64,000 nt of DNA from contig NZ_CALERY010000034.1 of NCBI RefSeq assembly GCF_937906905.1, positions 10,401 to 74,400 on the forward strand, in the 5' to 3' direction. Positions 8,369-16,858 of this stretch are shown piece by piece. The notes beneath the pieces are model-generated. The model searched no databases, had not been told where the DNA came from, and saw only the letters and a program-made list of their open reading frames with translations. The stretch comes from an uncultured Helicobacter sp. (lineage in GTDB: Bacteria > Campylobacterota > Campylobacteria > Campylobacterales > Helicobacteraceae). The translations under genes and the position numbers were made by a program. Positions within the stretch are counted from its first letter, which is position 1. Each line of letters begins with the position of its first letter.

Positions 8369-10663
8369 ATGAAGCCTAAACACATACGCGAAAAGCCCTT
8401 TATCCGCACCTTTGCCATACTTGCTTGCTTGATGTGCTTATGCGTAGGGGGCGCTATCCTTAGCGACACGAGCACGCTCACCTTTGAGCCAGAATCGCTA
8501 GTGAGCTTTGATAGAGATGGCGAGCTGCTAAGCTTTTTTGTCAATGAGCGCGACAACTTCAAAGTCAGCTTGCAGAGCCAAGATTTGCCAGCGCAGTTAC
8601 AGCAGTTTGTCCTACTCTATGAAGACAAGCGCTTTTTCACACATGCTGGGGTAGATCCCCTAGCCCTGGCACGCACGATTTGGGGTAATCTCGCCCACGC
8701 TAAGCGCCATGGCGCTAGCACAATCACCATGCAAGTAGCCAAGCTCGGCAGCCAGCAGAAGCGCACCTGGTGGAATAAATTCACCCAAACTCTGCAAGCC
8801 CTGCGCCTAGAGTGGCAAAAGGATAAGCCCCAGATTCTGCGCCTCTATCTTGATAACACCCCCTATGGCAGCAATATCGTTGGCGTGAAATCCGCCGCCC
8901 TGCTGTATTTCAAAAAGCCCTTGCATAGGCTCTCCCCTGCGCAAAATGCCCTACTAGCTATCATGCCAAACACGCCAAATCTTATTTTCACAAACCCAGC
9001 CAAACTCCTAGCCAAGCGCGATTCCCTGCTAAAGCGCGCGCTAGATTCTCATCTCATCACAGACATGGAGTATCGCCTAGCTCTCCTAGAGCCCCTGCCA
9101 ACCCTCTACCGCAGCAATTCAATCGCCCCGCACGCAAGCCTATGGCTCCCCCGCCACAACCCAGGCACCAAAGTCTTCCACACCACACTCCACAAGCCCA
9201 CCCAAGAGCTCCTAGAATCCAAGCTCCGCGAGTTTGCCACCATAATCCAAGACAAAGGCGTGCATAATCTCGCCGCACTCGTGCTTGATAGCCGCGATGG
9301 CGCGATTGTAGGCTATGCAGGCTCGCAGGATTTTTATGACTTAAGCAGCCTAGGCGCGATTGATGGCGTGCAAGCTGCGCGTAATGTCGGCTCCACGCTA
9401 AAGCCCTTTCTCTACGCGCTTGCACTAGATTCTGGGCTCATCATTCCCCAGACAAATCTCGCTGATAGCAATCAATTCTATGGGAATTTCAACCCACACA
9501 ACGCCTCGCGCAGATTCTACGGGAGCAAAAGCGCGCTGTTTTGCCTGCGAAACTCGCTAAACGCACCATTTGTCGCACTGCTGCAAGACTATGGCGTGGA
9601 AGAGTTTTTTTATTTCTTGCGTGCAAACGCGCCCTTTAGCGAGCGCGACTTCGCACAATATGGACTCTCACTAATCCTAGGCACCAAAGAGCTAAGTCTC
9701 TTTCAGCTTGCCAAGCTCTACTTAGGACTACGACATGGCGGGGATTTCTCCGCTACGCCACACGCACTAGCCAGAGCGACAAGCCCCGCAGATTCTAGCG
9801 CGATGACTTCTAGTGCGCTAGAGTCCAGCATGATAAGCCCACCAAAATCCACCCAAGTCCCCAGCAATCTCACACAAGACTACATCAATAATTCCACACA
9901 GACCAATTTTGGCATTTCTAAGGAAGCCGCCTATCTCACCCTGCAATCCCTGCTCAATCTCCCGCTAAACGCCCGCAGCTCCCGCTTCGCGCATAAAATC
10001 GCTTGGAAAAGCGGCACAAGCTTTGGAAATCGCGATAGCTGGGCGATTGGCATAAGCGATCGCTATGTCGTAGCGGTATGGGGCGGGAACTTCAGCGCAA
10101 AAGCAAGCGTGAATCTCACAGGCAGGGAAATCGCAGGGGTGGCTATGTTTGATATTTTTGAGCTACTTCATGGGGATAGTGTCAGTGAGTTTGGCAGCTG
10201 GGCGCAGGTAGGCAAATGGAGCAATACGCCCAAAATGCGCGAAGTGCGAATCGATACAAACGGCTACCGCGTGCAAGACCCTAGTGGCGGGGACTCCAGC
10301 AAGCAAGATTCTAGTAGCACCACCCCTAGCAGCAAAATCGCCTATATGCCCTACTATGCCAAGCCACTACGCACCGCCGCGCAAGCCCCACGCCCAAGCT
10401 CGATCATCGCCTACCCCACGCCTGGTATCCGCTTCTCGCGCGCTTCACTAGCAAGCATGCGTGATGAAAGCACCCAAGAAGACGGAGTCATCGCGCTATT
10501 GCAGCAAAAAACGCTTGCGTATTTTTTTCTCAATGGCGAGTTTATCGGCGCAAATGACCTTGGGCGCATGCGTCTATCTCCTAAAAATGGCACAAACTCG
10601 CTCTATGTCATCACGCAAAATGGGCAGAGCTCTAGCGTGGAGTTTGAAGTCCTAGCCCAGTGA
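8369..10663 (+). CDS. pbpC: penicillin-binding protein 1C (bifunctional glycosyltransferase/transpeptidase family)
   Basis: 764 aa. GT51 motif 'EDKRFFTHAGVDPLA...GASTITMQ', 'STLKP' transpeptidase motif, and a PBP1C-type C-terminal domain. Adjacent to A2M, as in many proteobacteria. Confidence 0.85.
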   Translation: MKPKHIREKPFIRTFAILACLMCLCVGGAILSDTSTLTFEPESLVSFDRDGELLSFFVNERDNFKVSLQSQDLPAQLQQFVLLYEDKRFFTHAGVDPLALARTIWGNLAHAKRHGASTITMQVAKLGSQQKRTWWNKFTQTLQALRLEWQKDKPQILRLYLDNTPYGSNIVGVKSAALLYFKKPLHRLSPAQNALLAIMPNTPNLIFTNPAKLLAKRDSLLKRALDSHLITDMEYRLALLEPLPTLYRSNSIAPHASLWLPRHNPGTKVFHTTLHKPTQELLESKLREFATIIQDKGVHNLAALVLDSRDGAIVGYAGSQDFYDLSSLGAIDGVQAARNVGSTLKPFLYALALDSGLIIPQTNLADSNQFYGNFNPHNASRRFYGSKSALFCLRNSLNAPFVALLQDYGVEEFFYFLRANAPFSERDFAQYGLSLILGTKELSLFQLAKLYLGLRHGGDFSATPHALARATSPADSSAMTSSALESSMISPPKSTQVPSNLTQDYINNSTQTNFGISKEAAYLTLQSLLNLPLNARSSRFAHKIAWKSGTSFGNRDSWAIGISDRYVVAVWGGNFSAKASVNLTGREIAGVAMFDIFELLHGDSVSEFGSWAQVGKWSNTPKMREVRIDTNGYRVQDPSGGDSSKQDSSSTTPSSKIAYMPYYAKPLRTAAQAPRPSSIIAYPTPGIRFSRASLASMRDESTQEDGVIALLQQKTLAYFFLNGEFIGANDLGRMRLSPKNGTNSLYVITQNGQSSSVEFEVLAQ

Positions 10664-10717
10664 AGTAGCACAATCCAGAATCCCCGGAATCCACTTTTTC
10701 AAATAACGCCCTTTTCT

Positions 10718-10785
10718 TGTCATATTGAGCCTTTAGGCGAAATATCTCCCGTCATTGCGAGCCGATGAAATCGGCGTGGCAATCC
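10718..10785 (+). repeat. REP-like structured repeat, copy a (two tandem half-units)
   Basis: 'tgtcatattgagc..gcgaaatatctc' followed by 'ccgtcattgcgag-ccgatGAAatcgg-cgtggcaatcc'. Conserved ends TCAYYRCRAG / CGTGGCAA surround a short hairpin. Confidence 0.6.
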
Positions 10786-10916
10786 ATAAACACAGCAAAA
10801 GTAAAGTAAATAAGCAAGTTTAAAGCAGATTAACACGCGTTAAGTAGGAGAGTTGAGTAAGACTAGCCCACCCCCTTAACGACCAAAGGCTTTTTCAAGG
10901 TAGGCTATGGATTATC

Positions 10917-10988
10917 CTAGTAGCACTTGACTACTACTATACATAGCAGTATAATGCCGACTAAGATTTTCTGGTAAATCTTACTCAT
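10917..10988 (-). CDS. candidate type I toxin: 23-aa hydrophobic peptide MSKIYQKILVGIILLCIVVVKCY
   Basis: Translated by hand. ATG at 10988, TAG at 10919..10917. Perfect SD AAGGAGG (revcomp of 10994..11000) sits 5 nt upstream. TGnTAGAAT extended -10 lies on the minus strand at 11059..11067. A 9-bp hairpin (11019..11043) sits in the putative 5' UTR. Confidence 0.4.
   Translation of the reverse strand: MSKIYQKILVGIILLCIVVVKCY
10927..10955 (+). promoter_or_regulatory. consensus sigma70-type promoter (TTGACT-N17-TATAAT) antisense to the small ORF; putative antitoxin sRNA promoter
   Basis: TTGACT at 10927..10932, a 17-nt spacer, then TATAAT at 10950..10955. A transcript from about 10962 would be complementary to the start codon and SD of the minus-strand peptide ORF. 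Confidence 0.4.
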
Positions 10989-11115
10989 CGTAACCTCCTT
11001 TGTGAAAAGTAGGCTACGCCAAGAGAGGCTGCAACTCTCTTGGGCAACCTCTACTGAAATTCTAACATACTTCCTAAATACTCCCTAGAATCCACTTTTA
11101 CTTAATCGTGTTTTT

Positions 11116-11170
11116 CCGTCATCACAAGATTTGCGTAGCAAATCGTGGCAAAGCAAGGCGCAGCCGCAGC
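11116..11170 (+). repeat. REP-like structured repeat, copy b (with GC-rich extension)
   Basis: 'ccgtcatcacaag-atttgcGTAgcaaat-cgtggcaaagcaaggcgcagccgcagc'. Same architecture as copy a. The 3' extension is repeated in inverted orientation at 14997..15021. Confidence 0.6.
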
Positions 11171-11203
11171 TTCTTTAGTAATCCAATCCCAAACATAAAT
11201 CTA

Positions 11204-11219
11204 TTTTTTTTTTTTTTTT
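11204..11219. repeat. homopolymeric T16 tract in the autotransporter promoter region
   Basis: Counted directly. It ends 9 nt upstream of a TACAAT -10-like box (11229..11234). Confidence 0.9.
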
Positions 11220-11276
11220 GATTTTGGCTACAATGTGGCTTTTTAAACTTTCACTTAACCTTTTTAAGGAGACATA

Positions 11277-14200
11277 ATGAAAACATCTACTCATAACACT
11301 GCCCCATATAAACGGGGGGGGGGGGGTAAATAATCTCTCTCTCAATGCTTCTACTAGATTCTCTCAAAAGGTTGCTTTATCTATCGCTTGTATCTCGTGC
11401 TTAAGTTTGACAAATCTCTATGCTATATGGCATCTAGATGCTGACAAAGGATTACAAAAAGGCTGTAAAGCTGAGATAATAAGTGGTCAAGCTTTTGTAA
11501 TTAGTCCCAAAGATGGTCAGGATAAATGTCAAGGGGACTGGACACGCTTTAGCACAAATGAAACAGGTGGAGGCTACACCCTAAGACTAAACAAGACTAC
11601 TTTAAATAACTATACTATTACAACATCTGTGGATTCAAGCAGGGTGTGGGCTAATGGTGTGCTCAATGGATCCACCATAGGGACGGCAAATATTGAAGGA
11701 AAGATGAGAGTTGAGCTTAGAGTAGAGAATGGAACCAGCACCATAACCACCCTAAATCATACAGCCAATCTACTACATCTAAAAGGTGGTGGCGGTAAGC
11801 TAGACATCAATACATTTAATCAAACCAGCGAGAATAGCGACACGCAAGTTTTCGATATAACAATAACAGACTTCAATCTTAGCGGTGGTAAAACACATCA
11901 GCTTGTAGGTGAGATTACCAACCTAAATATCACTAATGGGACATTCTATCAAGGTAAGCATAATGGCGACCCTAGTGGCTATAGTGATAGCCAAATCACA
12001 GGCGGCACTATCACAAAGGTGGATTTAAGCGGCAATGGTGCGTTTGAGCAAATTAGAGGCAGTGTAACTGACTTCAATCAGTCAGGCGGCACTGCCACGC
12101 AAAAAGGCGGCACGATAGGAACTGCCAATCTCAATGGCGGTAACTTTACCCAATCAGGTGGAGAGATCACTACTGCTAAACTCTCCGGTGGCACATTCAC
12201 CCACAATGGCGGCACACTTAACAATGTCGTGCTTAAAGCTGGTGGCAGTGGCAGCACATTTGTCAATGGCACAAATTCTGCCTTTGCTAACATCACCCAA
12301 GAGGGTGGCAATCACACTATCATAGGTAAGGTTGCTAAATTTACTCTAGCGAGTGGTTCCTTTACCAACAACGGCTCTATCGAAACACTCACCACCAGCA
12401 CTACCACCACAAGAGCCCTCCGCAATGCCCAAGCTGCCGCTACCAACCACATCACCAACAACGGCACAATCGACAAGCTAGAGCTTACTAAAGACGCTGA
12501 TAGCGTAACCAATAATGCTGTGTATAACACAGGCGGTGGCTTAGCAAGTGGTATCATCAAAGAGCTACATGTAACAAGCGGCAATGCCACCATAAACACC
12601 CTAAATGGTGTAGGACAAGGGACAGCAGGTAAAATAGAGCCCCATACACTCTCTAATATCAACATCACCAAAGACGCTAAACTCACCGTTGATACCCTAA
12701 GCGTAGGACTCAAAGGCAACCAAGCTATAGAGAGAGTAACAATAAATAATAATACAGGTGGTAATGGTGGCAACAAAGAATTTGCCGTCAATAAAATCCA
12801 AGTAACCTATCTTGATGGCAGCTTTGACCCTGCAAAAAGCATTAGCAAAAATCTCACAGACTATGTATCATCTGGCACCAGCCATAGCTATGTCGATAAC
12901 AATTCTAAGCCCACCTTTGAATCAAGCCCCGAGCTCCAAGGCATAGGTGTGAAGTTTAATCCCGATGGCACCCCTATCTTTGAGGTAGAAGCCTCCTTGG
13001 CTGCAAGTATGACAAGCGTAGTCGTGCGCCAATCTATGCGCCGAAAAATGCTTATAGACACCTATCTCGCAGAACAAAACAGAAGAAGTTTGAAAAACAA
13101 AGAGCGCAGAACCGAGCAGCGCATAGAAGCAGCCACCCTAGCAGATGCAAGAGCCCAGTATCAAAAAGACCTAGCCAAATACAAGCTAGACTTAGCCAAA
13201 TGGGATAAGCTTGCTAGCACCAAAGAGAACAAAGCCCTAATCGCCAAATACGAGCAAGAGGACAAAGCCTACCAAAAAGCCCTAGAGCAGTATCAAAAAG
13301 ACAAGGCAAAATGGGATAAGCTTAGTGAAAAAGATAAAGCAAAGCTTTCAGGCAGCCCCACACCAGCTCCCATAGCTCCTAAAGAGCCAAAAGCTCCTAT
13401 AAAGCCCAATGTCAAGCCAGATCACAAAGACTATAAAAAGCTAATGGCTGCCTATGATAAAGCACAAAAAGAGCATAAAAACGCCCTAGCCAAATATCAA
13501 AAAGATAAAGCCAAATACGACAAAGACAAAGCCAAATGGGATAAAGACAATCAAAAGCTAGCACAAGCTAGCAAACTAGCTCCAGTAGAGCCAAAAGCTC
13601 CTAAAGCTCCCGTGCGCCCAAATCTCAAGCCAAACCACAAAGACTACAAAAAGGCTATGGCAGATTTCACCAAAGCACAGCAAGCACACAAAGCAGCCCT
13701 AGCCAAGTATGAAAAAGATCTAGCCAAATACAAGCTAGACAAAGCCAAATGGGACAAAGACAATCAAAAGCTAGCTGCAAGCTCTAAGCCAGCTCCCATA
13801 GCTCCTAAAGAGCCAAAAGCTCCTATAAAGCCCAATGTCAAGCCAGATCACAAAGACTATAAAAAGCTAATGGCTGCCTATGATAAAGCACAAAAAGAGC
13901 ATAAAAACGCCCTAGCCAAATATCAAAAAGATAAAGCCAAATATGACAAAGACAAAGCCAAATGGGATAAAGACAATCAAAAGCTAGCACAAGCTGGCAA
14001 AGCCCCAGTAGAGCCTAAAGCTCCTACTAAGCCTAAAATCCTAGCCAGCAAGCCAGAAATGCCACAAGAGCCTAAGCTTGGAGAGATAAGTGCAGAGCTA
14101 CTAGCTAAGCATAAAGTCCAAGGGGATTTCTTTATCCGTGCCTATGGTGGGACAGGCTCACATAAAGCAACCAATGGCGCACAAACTAACTCTTGGAGTG

Positions 14201-14970
14201 TGGGCACACTCTTTGGCTCGACTTGGGATTTAGCGCTTGGACAAACAAGTGGGAATATCGGCTTCTATGGTGGGTATGAGTATATCTACAATGGCTATAA
14301 GCAAGCCCATATCGATGCCCAAGGACACACAGGCTTCCTAGGGCTTAGATTCTCCCATATCTTTGCTAAGACTAAGCTAGCAGGATTCTACTATATGGCT
14401 GATGTCAATGGTGGCTATAGTGATATGTCTGTAGGACAAGATATGAATGGTATGCGATTTAGTGCTAATGTAGGGAATATCAACTTTGGCTCATCATTGA
14501 GACTAGGCTCATCTGTGTATATGTATGGAAGCAAATCTATCCTCTTCCCTTCAGTTGGTGTAGGTGTAGAGGGTGGCTATCTAGGAGAGTTTGAGATGAG
14601 GACAGACCGCTCTGGTGAGCTACGCTATGGAGGACTAAGCCAAGGCTATGCTGTTACTTATGCCCAAGCAAATCTCAACTACTACCAAGAGTATGGCAAA
14701 AGGATTTCTACTACACTAGGTGGTGGATTTAGGTATCTAATGAATACAGATATAAACATTATGCCAACACTCAATGGCAAGGCTTATACCATTGATGAAA
14801 AGACAGGTAGAGCAGCAGCAGTGCATTTAGCACCATTTTTCTACCAAGGCACCTTTGTGATAAATTACCACACAGACAAAGCAGGAAACTTCTCTGCAGG
14901 CTATGTGGTAGTAGGTGGGGAGTTAGGGATTACGCATAATGCTTCTGTAAGGTGGCATTACTTTTTCTAA
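11277..14970 (+). CDS. phase-variable autotransporter-type outer-membrane protein (currently out of frame at a G13 tract)
   Basis: SD AAGGAG (11266..11271) precedes the ATG at 11277, giving MKTSTHNTAPYKRGGGGK*. With G12 the frame reads through to 'NNLSLNASTRFSQKVALSIACISCLSLTNLYA', a signal-peptide-like segment, and joins the long ORF listed as 11407..14970. The passenger domain has Gly/Thr/Asn-rich beta-helix-like repeats. The C-terminal roughly 300 aa look like a beta-barrel and end in '...WHYFF'. Confidence 0.75.
11314..11326 (+). repeat. homopolymeric G13 tract inside the 5' coding region of the autotransporter
   Basis: Counted directly (7+6 G across the 11320/11321 boundary). G12, G15 or G9 would put ATG 11277 in frame with the long ORF. 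Confidence 0.9.
13363..13995 (+). repeat. intragenic A-B-A repeat (213-bp / 71-aa units) encoding a Lys/Pro-rich segment
   Basis: 13363..13569 and 13789..13995 are 207 bp and identical except for one visible mismatch (tac/tat). The middle unit is a diverged copy. Peptide unit: 'PAPIAPKEPKAPIKPNVKPDHKDYKKLMAAYDKAQKEHKNALAKYQKDKAKYDKDKAKWDKDNQKLAQA'. Confidence 0.9.
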
Positions 14971-14996
14971 AAGGCGTTGGCTTTCTAAAGAAACCT

Positions 14997-15051
14997 GCTG
15001 CGGCTGCGCTTGCTTTGCCACGAAAATTCTTGCGGATTTTCTCGCAAGTGA
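14997..15051 (-). repeat. REP-like structured repeat, copy c (inverted relative to copy b)
   Basis: The reverse complement reads 'tcacttgcgag-aaaatccgcaagaatttt-cgtggcaaagcaagcgcagccgcagc'. It matches copy b over 'gtggcaaagcaag(g)cgcagccgcagc' with one indel. Confidence 0.6.
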
Positions 15052-15105
15052 GAGAGATGGGGCGTAAGGCTAGAATCTGCGCTTTGGGACTCTTTGTAGC
15101 TATGC

Positions 15106-15828
15106 TTAAGAGTCTTTGGTAGATTTTCTAGCGTGGGCTAGGATATTGAGCAGCTCCACGCCAAGTGAGAAAAACATCGCAAAATACACATAGCCACGCG
15201 GGATTTCAAAGTGAAGCCCATCGGCAAGCAGCACAATGCCAACGATGAGTAAAAATGCTAGGGCTAGAATCTTTAGCGTGGGGTAGGTGTCGATAAACTT
15301 TGAAATAACTTCAGCGGCAAACATCATCATAAGCACTGCGATGATGATAGCCAAAACCATGACTTCCAAATGTTCTGCCATACCCACAGCGGTGATGACA
15401 GAATCTAGCGAGAAGACAATATCGATGATCCCTATTTGCACAATCGTGCTAAAAAGCCCGGCATGCTTGCTCTTTATGGTGTGGGATTCTGGCGCGTGGG
15501 TGATGTGGTTGTGGATTTCTTGCACGCTTTTATACATAAGAAAAAGCCCCCCGGTGATAAGTACAATATCGCGCCCAGAGATAGCAAGCCCAAGCACGCT
15601 AAAAAGCGGCGCTGTAAGCTTGGTAATCCAAAAAAGCGCACCAAGCAGGGCAATGCGCGTGATAAGCGCGAATCCTAGCCCTAGAATCCGTGCTTTGCGC
15701 TGCTGGTGCTTAGGCAGTCTTGCGACTAAAATAGCTAGGAAGATGAGATTATCCACGCCTAGCACGATTTCTAGCAGCACTAGTGTGAGCAGGGAAGCCC
15801 ATACTTGCGGGTCAGCGAGCAGTGCCAT
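15106..15828 (-). CDS. TerC-family integral membrane protein
   Basis: 240 aa, polytopic. 'LLEIVLGVDNLIFLAI' and a second 'DIVFSLDSVITAVG' repeat are characteristic of TerC/YoaE-type proteins. Confidence 0.75.
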   Translation of the reverse strand: MALLADPQVWASLLTLVLLEIVLGVDNLIFLAILVARLPKHQQRKARILGLGFALITRIALLGALFWITKLTAPLFSVLGLAISGRDIVLITGGLFLMYKSVQEIHNHITHAPESHTIKSKHAGLFSTIVQIGIIDIVFSLDSVITAVGMAEHLEVMVLAIIIAVLMMMFAAEVISKFIDTYPTLKILALAFLLIVGIVLLADGLHFEIPRGYVYFAMFFSLGVELLNILAHARKSTKDS

Positions 15829-16787
15829 TATAGCCAGCCCTTTTTCTTAAAGTAGATGATGGGAATGACGGTGGAGATGATCATCACCACGATGACTAGC
15901 GGATAGCCAAATTCCCACTCAAGCTCGGGCATGTATTTGAAGTTCATTCCATAAATCGTGCCAACAAGTGTGGGGGGCATCATCGCCATAGTCGCCACGG
16001 TAAAAAGCTTGATAATCTTGTTTTGCTCGATATTGACACGGCTGGCAAAGAGGCTTTGGGTATTATCGAGCATATTGAGATTGACGGTGGTAAATTCTAC
16101 AAGTGAGTTTAAGTCCTTTAGCACGATACTTAGGTCCTTTTTGATCTCAGGATCGACTTTGTAGCTTTTGAGCAGTGCTGTAATGGCACGCCGCTTGTCA
16201 AAGAGCGAGTCGCGCACGCTAAGGTTAAACTCCTGCAAGTTTGAGAGCTTGGCGAGCTGGGCGGTGTGATCGCTTGCTTCTTCGTCAAAGACCGCTTTGC
16301 GCAGTAGCTTGGTAAGCTGCGCTGCTCCTTCTAGCATATCGGCATCTTGCTCCACACGCACTTCAAAGATTTTACTGATGAGATCAAAGCCATCTTCAAA
16401 ATTTTTGGGGCTGATAAGCACGCTTTGCTGGATTTCGTTAAATACTTTGAAATCTGCGTAGCGAATGGTAAAAAGTATGCCTTGAAAGAGAATGAAAGTA
16501 ACGGTTTCGTTGTGCAAATCCATTGTAGTGGAGCGCATGAGAAAATAGGTGTTTATCGTAATGCTTTGGGTGTCTTCAAAATACCGCGCGGACTGCTCAA
16601 TCTCCTCTCGCTCTTCTTTTGTAGGGATATCGAGTGCGTAGGTTTGGGCGATGTAGGAGACTTCAGCGCTCGATGGGCGCAATAAATCGATCCACAGCAC
16701 GCCTTGGGGGAGTGCTAGGCTCTCTGCGCTGCTGATATCTTTTCTACAAACTGCGCCATCTTTTTTGAAAAACACATTCATCATCAC
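15828..16787 (-). CDS. corA: magnesium/cobalt transporter CorA
   Basis: 319 aa. Signature 'YGMNF' lies before the two C-terminal TM helices. Confidence 0.9.
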   Translation of the reverse strand: MMMNVFFKKDGAVCRKDISSAESLALPQGVLWIDLLRPSSAEVSYIAQTYALDIPTKEEREEIEQSARYFEDTQSITINTYFLMRSTTMDLHNETVTFILFQGILFTIRYADFKVFNEIQQSVLISPKNFEDGFDLISKIFEVRVEQDADMLEGAAQLTKLLRKAVFDEEASDHTAQLAKLSNLQEFNLSVRDSLFDKRRAITALLKSYKVDPEIKKDLSIVLKDLNSLVEFTTVNLNMLDNTQSLFASRVNIEQNKIIKLFTVATMAMMPPTLVGTIYGMNFKYMPELEWEFGYPLVIVVMIISTVIPIIYFKKKGWL

Positions 16788-16858
16788 TCTCTCCTATCGC
16801 GCCAGGCTTGCGCTACTACTCATCAAAAGACAAAGCCAATTGCATTTGAAGCGCTGGG

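Noticed and set aside
12312-12791. Long antisense or overlapping ORFs inside larger genes. Examples: 12312-12791 (-), 15287-15850 (+), 35913-36467 (-), 46301-46717 (-), 50796-51392 (-), 56782-57516 (-), 61234-61656 (-).
   Set aside because: They lie wholly within well-supported genes on the opposite strand or in another frame. They have skewed low-complexity composition (L/S/P/C-rich) and lack SD sequences, so they are shadow ORFs.
11407-14970. TTG start at 11407 suggested by the ORF track for the autotransporter.
   Set aside because: It would remove any signal peptide. An SD plus ATG at 11277 followed by a G13 tract explains the open frame upstream of 11407 better.
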